This document shows positions 54,501 through 64,000 of a DNA stretch of 64,000 nt, in pieces. The notes under the pieces were generated by a model. The model was not told the origin of the DNA. It did no database searches and was given only the letters and a program-made list of their open reading frames with translations. Where the stretch lies: contig NC_087258.1 of the NCBI RefSeq assembly GCF_037042905.1, positions 19,964,001-20,028,000 of the forward strand. The letters are read 5' to 3'. The number at the start of each line of letters is the position of its first letter. The first letter of the stretch is position 1. Both the position numbers and the translations under genes were made by a program. The DNA is from Lytechinus pictus. Taxonomy: Eukaryota.

Positions 54501-57500
54501 GCGGTCTCCTGCATTCATTTAAACTGTTATTTTCTTTTGATTGAATATTGCTTCTTGCTGATATTTATTTTTCATTGCTTTATTATGACTATTGCTTTCT
54601 TACTTTGTAAACCTAAATGAATCACCTTGATGTTATGTTGCATATATTATCTTGAATGCAGAAATAAATAAAATCAAATCAAAAGTGTAACAAGTTCCTG
54701 AACTAAAATAGTATTTAACCCTATTTTATAAATAAAGGGTTACTATGAGCGTTATATTCTTAATGAGTTATTATGCGAATAGCTTTATTTTGAAGAGTTT
54801 TTTAGATTGCTATTATGAGATGAATATGAATTACCCAAAATAATATTACATGCACTGAAGCTTTTCCACATGTTATTTTCTGGTTTTGCATTACCAAACA
54901 GATATACAGTTGTGCTCGGAAGTATTCATACCCCGAAGAAAATATGTGTTTTTTGCATTTTTCATAAAAATGAAAGCTAAACTAGGATAACTTTCATAGT
55001 ATTTAGATACTACTAGACATTATATACAAAAGCATGCTGATTTTATTTTCATCTCATTTGCATAATAATAGAGAAGACGACTTTTCTGAATTTTCTGATG
55101 TTCAAAAGTATTCATACCCCTGTCATTCTCGAGTATAAGACACCCTATAATGTCAGGCATGGATACAAAAGAATTTAAGCTATGTTGCATGGTATCCAGG
55201 AAGAGGAAGTTCCTGAGATCTCAGAAACCTTCCCTCTTCTGGGGTTTATCCAGATGTTAGTTGCCGTGTTGATGAAATTGATTTCAAATCAATTCAATTC
55301 AAGATTGGGGGAGGGTAGGGGGGGATTTCACATTTTTAAAATGAAATTTTGTTGAGAAAGTCAGAGTCTTTGAATTTCGGAAATATTAGTGGTTCTATGA
55401 ATTGAGAATCAGTGGCAAGATCTTCGTCAGTTTATCAGCATCGGCTTAAACTTCATCATGGTCAAGCAAAAGGAACTTAGTGACGACCTGAGAATGCGAA
55501 TAGTGAATGCTCACAAATTTGGGCTACAAGGCAATGTCCAAGCATTTTAAGGTTTATGTGGCTACTGTCCAGAGCATCATCAGAAAGGACAACACTTTCA
55601 ACAAAGTGGACAACCTTAAAGACCCGGACAGAAGCCCAAAGACTCGGCAAGGCGAGCGAGAACGTTCGAGCTTCTGCTTTCAACCACAGCATCACCACAA
55701 AGGAGATGCTAAAAGATCTCAATGGCAAAGGGACCAATATCTCCAGGCAAACCATCCAGAGGACCTTGAATAAGGCAGGATTGAATGGACGACGGCCACG
55801 AAAGACTCCACTCCTAAAACCCAACCACACAAGATCACGTTTGGACTTTACCAGAAGACATCTGGGAAAAGATGAAACTTTTTGGAGGTCTATCCTTTGG
55901 TCTGATGAAATAAAAAATGGAGCTGTTCGGACACAGAGATGTCGCCTACGTCAGGAGGAAGAAAGGGGAAGCCTTTAACCCAAAGAACACAGGGCCCACA
56001 TGGGGGAGGGAGCATGATGCTTTGGGGCTGTTTTTCAGGAAGAGTCTGCTGAAACACTTCAACTTGGCCCCGATTGGATCTTCCAATAGGACAACGATCC
56101 GAAGCACACTGCCAAGAAGGTCAAAACATGGTTTCAGGAGCATGCAGTCAACGTACTGGAGTAGCCGAGCCAACGTACTGACTTTAACCCAATCGAAAAC
56201 CTTTGGAAAGAGCTCAAGGTGGAGGTCAACGCAAGGAAACCTGGCAACCTGAAGGACTTGGAGAGGATTTCAAAGGAGGAATGGGCCAAAATCCCTGTAA
56301 AGACATGCAAGAACTAAGTAACAAACTATATGAGACGTCTGGAGGCAGTCATTGTGAATAAAGGCTATTCAATTGATTATTAACTTGTGGTTCATGACAG
56401 GGGTATGAATACTTTTGGACATCAGAAAATCCAGGAAAGTTATGTATTCTTTTGATATGCAAATGAGGTGAAAATAAAAATTGCATGCTTTTGTACATGA
56501 TACCTAAATGTATTTGACTGATTTGTAACTGACTCCAGTTCTACTCTTATTTTTATTAAAAGTGAAAAAACCTGTGATTTTCCAAGGGGTATGAATACTT
56601 ATGAGCACAACTGTATATTTCAGGGACCTGGGAACGAGTTTGTTAACCAGTGGTACCGGTGCTGATGAATATTTGATAAGCAATAAAAAAGAAAGGAAAA
56701 AGAGGTTTTCACTACGAAATGGAGGTCATTTTGGTCCCGATAAATCTGAAAGACAGAAAAAAAATCATGAAATTTTTCAAGTTTTTCTTGATTTAGGAAT
56801 TCAATTCAAGTTCAATTCATTTTCAATTTACTAGTCTTTGATATGTAAAGATACATTTTATCCATTTTCACTGTTCATAATATTTTAATCAACAGAAAGT
56901 ATCGTCATGTATTAGGGTATATATGTGCACTATGTTAACAGACACATCGATTGATCAGTGCTCCCAGCTCCTAAGAAAGATCCCTAACACCTTATTTGGA
57001 TTCATTTACGAATAAGATAGTGAGGATTGAGGATTGGGATCCAATTGCTCCTTAATTGATTCTAATGTGTGACGGTTATATTATTTTTGGCAAAGAGGCA
57101 ACATATCGCGCAGGCATGCTCAGTGTAGTTATGGCCGGGTGTCCATTATGCTGATGTGATATATTCTGATCATTACTCGATCTCTGGAGCCAAGAAGGAC
57201 TACACATTCCTGATTATGTGCTGCCATTAACACGTACGGCTTGTACTATTTTATCAATTTACAACGTGAAACTAAACTTAAAACCAGTTCTCACGATAAT
57301 GATGTGCATAGATGCAGATTTTGTTTTTGTTCTTTTGTCGTTCCTGTTTTTCCCTATACTTGCTGAACTACCTGGATATTTAATACTAAAAAAGAATAAT
57401 CATACGTCAGTATGTCATTGAAGTAAACCACGGCCATACCGCAGCGAAAGGGGGGGGGGGGCAGCTGCCCCCAGAAATTGTGAATACTTGCATTCTTACT

Positions 57501-60500
57501 GAAAAATAAATATAATTGACCAAAAGTATGCACGAAATCCTTAAATTTCACTTTACAAAATGCAAAAGAGCCCCAATGATAAGCTCAGAACAGCACATGC
57601 ACCAGAAATGTGTAGTGCTTCTTGGCTCCAGAGATCGAGTAATGGTCAGAATATATCACATCAGCATAATGGACACCCATGACTACAATGAGCATGTCTG
57701 CACGATGTTGTCTCTTTGTCAGAAATAATATAACCGTCATATATTAGAATCAATTATTAAGGAGCAATTGGAGCCCAACTTATCATCCTCAATCCTAACC
57801 TCATTATCTTATTCGCATGGTAATCCAAATGAAATGTTAGGCATCAGAGCTGCATGGGAGCACTGATCAATCGATGTGTTTATTCTGTTAACATAGTATA
57901 TACTTATACCCCAATACATTGCAATAATGTCTGTTAATTAAAATATTCTGTACAAAGCAAATGAAGGAAACACTTCTTAACATATCAAAGACTAGTATAA
58001 ATTGAAAATGAATTGAACTTGAATAGAATTGCTAGATTAAAAAAAAACTCCCTGGTTGCACTTATCACATCATGAAGATGATAAGATTTAAGGGTATAAG
58101 GGTTTGTCAAGTCGTTTCAAGGTATTCCTGCAATACCATGATACCATGCACACTGAATGTATTCGACGTCTATCTCTGTTTATCTATTTTGTTCCTAAAT
58201 AAGCACATTTGACCCCTTTATACATAATGTCTTCTTAGATATAGACTTTTCAGAATAAAGAACCCACGAAAAATAAGACTTCTAAATCTACCCGCTTTTA
58301 GACGTGTATTTTGGCTTCCAATGAAAGTTTGTTGACCTTTTGACCTTTCCCTGACCTTTTCTTGACCCTTTCTGGATAAGGGCTTCTGACGATGGATTTA
58401 TCAAAATCGAAAATAAAAAAGTACACACATATACATACAAACAAGGAAAAATTAGCTTTCATAACACCTCCAGTGTAATTTGCCACTTAACGAAAGTTTG
58501 TTGACCTTTGACATTTCCGGTCATAACTTTTTAACGGGAGGCCAAGAGTATATAATTGGGGTGTGTACACTTTCTTGTTTAGTATAACAATACAAACAAT
58601 TTGATGTGTCACTCGACAGAATTGGGGCAATTAAAAAAATTGACCCATTGACCTTATTTTGATCCCTAACATCATGAACGTGGTCAAGATGACCATTAGA
58701 AATTTGTCACCAAGTTGAAAGTTGTTCCTTGTGATGTCACCAATCACATAAAAGTGAAAAATAAGACTTAGCCAATTTGTCGAAGTAGCCGGTAAATCAT
58801 GACATATATGCTGCCTGACTATAATATACCAATTAATGTATACGAAAAGCTGTCCCGAAGGGTATAGGGCTATTTTAGTCTAGATGATCGGTGCAAAAAA
58901 TAGCAAGAATTGTTCAGATTATGGTAAAAGCATGAAATTTGGCTGACAGGTAGAGAAAATAGTGCTGAACATTTTTAGCAGGGGGTGCCACTCTGACCTC
59001 TTCTCGTACTAGCAACAGTTGCTAGGGAACATATTTACCTTGGCAACCACCACTTTGGGGGTGTCATCTACATTTCAAAAACTATATTTTGACTTCTAAG
59101 CTCCCATTTTACAATCACATATCAAGAAACATTCCGACCATGTATAGCAACAGTTGCTAAGCAACATATTTTCCATAGCAACTATAGATAATATTACTTA
59201 ATACAACATCTGGACATAATGTTTGAATGAAAGTGGTTAGAAAATTGGTCAAAGTATGACTCTGGAGTGAAAACATATACCAGATCCCTAAAAAGTTAAG
59301 AGACCGTCTAAATAATTATAATGCCTGCATAGTAGGCCTAATCTTATCAAGGTAACAAACCTAATTTCGATATCATATTTATTTTGCATACTTTTTACTC
59401 ACACATGACAAAGCTAACACACAGACAAAATCATAATTGGGTCATTGAATGTGCATACAGGATATCTCTTGTTATAAAACTGAAACAGGATATTGTAGTG
59501 GATGTAGCATGGAACACTCGGAAAGACACCGAACCTTGACATGCTTGAGGGAAAAGGGAAGCTGAAATTTTATTGATATCAACTAATCGCTCCCAATTAA
59601 ATGACAAACCCTCTTGGGAAATAATGGCGAGTAATACACACGCACTTGTCAGTAAGATTTTGATATCATATTGACTGACTTGAATATATGTACAGTAGAC
59701 TTGAAACAGCCTCAAGAATCATTTCCTGTATATGCACTGTATAGCATGTGCAGTAGACCTGAAACAGCTCAAGCATCATTGTCTGTATTTATGTTGCTCC
59801 TTTTTTTATTATAATGCTGGACAGTTGAGTCATTTATTTTGCAATAGTTTCTATCTAGATAATGAAGAAAAAATATCTACATAATGTACAACTGTGCAGT
59901 TTCCAGTAGTTTGGGACTTTGGGTACAATTCTAGCGAATGAATAGAACGTACATTCTTTGTGTCGCACATGCCTTCACAGAGTTAGGCATATATCTAGTC
60001 CAAAATTTTTTAAGACTGTCTGGATTGATTATAAGTAGGGAAAACCAAAACCACTGTGAAGCATGTGTTATGCTCGACAAAGAATATTAGAGGCAACAGG
60101 GGAATACATCAAGAAAGTTACAGCCATCATCATCTTCGGTGTAACAATGAATTGTTCGTCAATCAGAGTGTAAGAGACATTTCTCCTCATAAGGACATAA
60201 TATAAGGTGATAGTGCAATCAGCAAATTCATTTCCATCTGAGTTCTGAGTTGGACATGCAAAGATGTATTGGAGGTATATGGAAGGAAGAAGCATATCAG
60301 AACTTAATGCTACTGTTCTGTGCCGGGGTTTTGTGGCCGAGTATGGATCACGTCCAGCCAACCTGGGGCCTGTTGCAGAAAGAATTGCGTTTAAACGCAA
60401 GTCCCGAACACGGGTGCTTTATTGGCTGAAAATCAAGTTGCGCAAGATTTTTTGAGTTGCGTTTGATAGCAACTATTTCTGCAACAAGCCCCAAATATCA

Positions 60501-62829
60501 CAAGTGCGTCACATACGTAGGTGACAAAGTCAGCTGCGCATATAGTACATCCTGCAAGATCTTTCAAGTAATGGTCCATTAAGCTCCAGCCAAAACACCT
60601 GCAATCGGAACTGACTGGTCAATCAACTTCTGCGAGAGCTTTCAAGTCATGATAGATCCCGCAGCAGCAGGATCCAGGCCAACAAAGCCTGTAAACAGAA
60701 CTGATGGTCGGTCCAAATCAACTCTTAGGAGATCTTTCACGTGATGATAAATCCTGGAGCTGAAGGGTTGATCCAGGTCAAAACACCTAGCTAGAAACAG
60801 AACGGACAGGTCCAAATCAACTTCTGCAGTATCGAGTCATGATAGATCAATCATATAGCTGCAGGATCCGGCCAACATGCCTAGAAACTGAACTGACCGG
60901 TCAAAATCAACTCTAGCAGGATCTTTCACGTCATGATAGATCACAGAGCTGTAGGATTGATCCAAGTCAAAACACCTGGAGACGGAATTGACAAGTCAAA
61001 TTCAACTCCTGCACATGGCATTAGGTCCGGAAACAGTATGGAAAGCTAATATGATCTTCATTCCAGGCTTCGAAAGGGAGGGGATAAACCAAGGAGAGTG
61101 TGTTGGCTTTCAAGAGAACGACTACTGTTAGCTAGAGATAAAGTGGTATCCAAGCACTCATTTGAAAATTACTTTCTGGCGGGATTTTGGTGTTTGAAAT
61201 AATTTCTAACTTAGTTGACTCAATCAATTCTTGGCGGTCATTTTTTTCATCTCTCCAAGATCAGAGATATTCAACTTGTAAGCACCCATGACCTCCTGGT
61301 GAGCTCTTGTAGCTGTTCTTGTAACTGTTCTTCTCTTGTTAAATGTTGGTTTGTGGAATTCTTTCCAAGGGCATTTGTAGTGTTATACAGGGTCTTAAAG
61401 GAGATTTTTAGGGAAAATACATAGCCACAAATTTCCAGAATGTCAACGGTTTCTAGACTTTTAAGTCTCGATGATACAAATTCGATCAATTCTACCTCCA
61501 TTGTTAATCACTCAGATAAGTAAACATGAGGTCTATTATCATTCAATGATGAATGTGTAACTAAATTATATAGTAATAACAGACATTAACAAAGTACCAT
61601 TTGCTATGAAAGACACCAAATAATTTAAATCGATGGTCGATCTTTTACATGTGTTTATGTTAATCCATAATAATTTTGGTTTCCAAATGGAGAAAAATTG
61701 GTGTTAAGGTGGTTTTTTTTAACATGCAACAATCATTACTATATACCAATAATATGGTACCCATAGACATCGTCTTTGGAAATAATTATGAACCATATCA
61801 TGAGGTAGTTTAATTTGTGCAATATTTTACGTTTTTAAGCATCTATTAGTACCTCTATCAATAATCTTACCGTAAGACATTTAACCATTGGTTGCTACAG
61901 AAAACATGTTACTTGTATCATCTGGTATTTTGCATGGGCGTGTATACATGGTATAATTGTTTCTGGGTTGTTGTGATTAATGTATTAATGCTTGAATACA
62001 AAAGATATGGTTCATATAAATTATGATCATGAAAAAAAAAACATACCCTATAAGTGGAAAAAAATGTTACCTACCAACCGTTGCTATGGTACTTATTGGG
62101 TCTACCTAAGAAAAAAATCATCACATGAGGAATCTATGGGACAGATATAATTTCTGAGCTCTTCTGAGTAAATCATATTGATCATATTCATCTGAACGAT
62201 GATAAACAATTTGTTGCTATGTAAAATGGTCCCTTAGCAGCCGTTGCTATGAATAAATGGATTAAAACTGTTGTGATACAATGGAACATGCTTTAGGTTG
62301 AAATTCATGCTACACATCGCTCATGAAAATGTTACTTAAGCCCAATAAAGTTCAGTTACTAAGGTAAATATGTTACCTAGCAACCGTTGCTATATTTGGC
62401 AAAGTCACGTTGGCACTCCCTGCTAAAAGTCTTTAGAACAACTTACTCTACCTTTGTGCCAATTTTCATGCTTTTACCATTTTCTGAACATTTTTTTCAC
62501 CAATCACCTAGACTATTTTAGGACTAAATGAGATACGACACATAGTAGTAATCAGTTCTTCGTATCATTATCGTAATCAGGATCTGGGAGCTGATGAATC
62601 AATTGGGCGCTACATGTGGATTGGTCTCCATGATACTACCAGCGAGGGGAACTTCGAGTGGACAGACCGATCCTCGTTCACCATGAATATGTGGTCCCCC
62701 GGACAGCCAGACAACTATGGTACGGGGGAAGACTGCGGGGAGATTACAGGCGTCTACGGCTATAAGTGGAACGACAGACCGTGTGACGATGTGGCTAAGT
62801 ACTTCATGTGCAAGTTACCAGTTTGGTAA
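48573..62829 (+). CDS. Echinoidin-like secreted C-type lectin, 3 exons, 184 aa
   Basis: Exons 48573-48709, 49787-49955 and 62581-62829; GT-AG introns of phase 2 and 0; 555 nt total. Signal peptide, then [54 protein letters not shown] and FMCKLPVW, closely matching my recollection of echinoidin. Confidence 0.88.
50197..50830 (+). mobile_element. TTAA-target (Kolobok-like) MITE, right end truncated, interrupted by a retroposed fragment
   Basis: TTAA|AGGACAAGTCCACCCC; body matches 19737-20142 in reverse. Confidence 0.75.
50576..50716 (+). mobile_element. 5'-truncated retroelement 3' end with an (AAACT)n tail, nested in the MITE
   Basis: The MITE sequence is interrupted and then resumes; five AAACT units; ATTC on both sides is a possible short TSD. 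Confidence 0.55.
51248..53221. mobile_element. Non-autonomous hAT element
   Basis: TIR CAGTGGCGTA...TACGCCACTG with a perfect 8-bp TSD CCCTTAGG (51240-51247 and 53222-53229). Internal ~105-bp repeats carry the GCGAGCGCGAAGCGCGAGC core. Confidence 0.9.
51775..52582. mobile_element. Harbinger-like MITE nested in the hAT element
   Basis: TIR GGGTGCGTTTAT...ATAAACGCAGCC, TWA-like flanks (TTA/TAA, not identical) and subterminal AATCATGATT palindromes in both arms. Confidence 0.7.
53255..53752. mobile_element. Complete TTAA-target (Kolobok-like) MITE
   Basis: TTAA|AGGGGAAGTTCACCCT ... AGGGTGAACTTCCCCT|TTAA. Confidence 0.9.
54030..54400 (-). mobile_element. Degenerate 3' end of a CR1/L2-type LINE
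   Basis: The minus-strand translation [24 protein letters not shown] resembles the F.Y.G..WN.L....SL..F C-terminus of L2/CR1 ORF2 and is followed by a pyrimidine-rich 3' region. Confidence 0.45.
54907..56613 (+). mobile_element. Tc1-family DNA transposon, IR/DR type, defective
   Basis: TA|CAGTTGTGCTC...AAGTATTCATACCCC and GGGGTATGAATACTT...GAGCACAACTG|TA. TIRs are about 220 bp with an inner direct repeat (about 55105 and 56400). Confidence 0.95.
55458..56383 (+). pseudogene. Tc1 transposase pseudogene (frameshifts, stops, internal deletion)
   Basis: Fragments [38 protein letters not shown](Q*)DNDPKH, NPIENLW and RRLEAVI..KG lie in different reading frames. Confidence 0.9.
56780..58049. mobile_element. 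Foldback element with ~430-bp imperfect inverted arms
   Basis: Examples: CAAGTTCAATTCATTTTCAATTTA / TAAATTGAAAATGAATTGAACTTG; CACATCGATTGATCAGTGCTCCCA / TGGGAGCACTGATCAATCGATGTG; CATTACTCGATCTCTGGAGCCAAGAAG / CTTCTTGGCTCCAGAGATCGAGTAATG. Confidence 0.85.
60365..60492. mobile_element. Short GGGGCC-terminated hairpin MITE
   Basis: GGGGCCTGTTGCAGAAA ... TTTCTGCAACAAGCCCC. Confidence 0.75.
60555..61012 (+). repeat. Diverged ~90-100-bp minisatellite, about 5 copies
   Basis: Recurring TCATGATAGATC...GGATCC.GG.CAA.A..CCT...GAACTGAC.GGTC.AAATCAACT. Confidence 0.7.
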
Positions 62830-64000
62830 ACTGAACGGGGACATCCCACAAGGCAAGGACCTTGGGAACGATTTTTTTCTTATTTACTTGGGGTGTTGAT
62901 GTAAATTTGACAAGCAAAAAAAAACAATAATTAAAAATCACGATTTCTAATTCTTTAGAATTCCGGGGGGGGGGGGCGGTGCTGTCAATGTTTCTAGAAT
63001 TCCAGGGGGTGCTGTCAATAAATGTTTTTTACCACTTAGCCTTACCTTTTAGAAAAATCTCCAAGTCATGACTGATTGAGTTTACATTAAACATCTAATT
63101 AACAGATGTGATTTTCGCTTTTTTTTCTCAAATACTGATTCATTGACAATTTATGTCATTTTGATTATGGGTGAACTTCTTTGTTAAGTGATAATCAAAC
63201 CCCATTACTATTGAGATGACGCTGATGTCATTCAATGTGATTATTTCTTGTGGTATACTGCATTTTTACGTTGATTAATGAGGAATTTAAATGTTATCGA
63301 TTTGATCAATGTTTAATGTTAATAAATGGGAATTAGAATATTCTGTTCGGGCAGTACTATACAATACAAATAACATAGCCGGTACGTGAACCTGCATATA
63401 TTCTACATCGCTGTATAGCAATTCACTGATTGCATTGCCATGATTTGTATTTTATTGGAATCTATAAATAAATTAAAGTGTATATCATTGACATATTAAA
63501 TAATTCAGCAAAATTTATGAAGGAAATTAGTAAAATTTGAAAGTTAAAACATAGAATATTGGATAATGATATTGCATTAAAGTATTTCCCCTTTTCGCTT
63601 GTTGAAAAAATTCTAATCTTATATAATATGTTTAATAGGGTTGATCTTTATTATTTCCTAGAACATAAACATGCAAACTGTAGTCCATGCTTTGCTTCTG
63701 TGTTAGTTATCTAGATATTGATTTTTTATCAAGAAATAAAGTTGAACTTAAACATTCATCTCGTGTAAGCTTTGTAGTGATTTCTGGCATGTTCCCTCTC
63801 CATTCATCTTAACTGAAATCTTGCTCTGGCTAACATTTATACGTCATGTGAAAGCGTTGTTCATCTAATTTACGCAAAATAGATGAAAAATTCATTTTAC
63901 ATGACATCTTATAATAAGCATCTTCCAAAATGCGCTTTCCGGTTTTGGTTATTTCTGTTGCATGGATCTGAGATGGCAATTAAATGGATTGTCCGGCCTG

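Larger units (their letters stand above)
58876..62515. mobile_element. 3.6-kb non-autonomous TIR element with TAG termini (Academ-like)
   Basis: TAGTCTAGATGATCGGTG...ATGGTAAAAGCATGAAA...TTTTAGCAGGG at the left end and its reverse complement ending CACCTAGACTA at the right; TTT flanks both sides; repeated GTTGCTA/TAGCAAC subterminal motifs. Confidence 0.7.

Overview
AT-rich, intron-containing animal DNA that looks like sea urchin (echinoid). The evidence is an echinoidin-like lectin, an msp130-family gene and the repeat landscape; the species cannot be determined from the sequence. (1) The 3' part of a zinc-finger locus: a small phase-1 exon (178-312) is followed by two large, partly homologous terminal C2H2 exons (1122-7123 and 14204-16515). 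Both have phase-1 acceptors compatible with that one donor, which suggests a constant-region / variable zinc-finger-exon system. The first exon carries 12 copies of an unusual two-finger module. (2) A small membrane protein with a single FN3 domain (28165-28749). (3) A 10-exon msp130-family gene on the minus strand (34802-43973, 574 aa, no GPI tail). (4) A 3-exon echinoidin-like C-type lectin (48573-62829), head-to-head with the msp130-family gene; its upstream block is present in three copies. The remainder is transposon-rich: Helentron/DINE-like elements (one as a tandem dimer), a degenerate IR/DR Tc1, non-autonomous hAT, piggyBac, Kolobok-like, Harbinger-like and Academ-like elements, a foldback element, SINEs, microsatellites and a 407-N assembly gap. 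All calls come from manual reading; no database searches were run.
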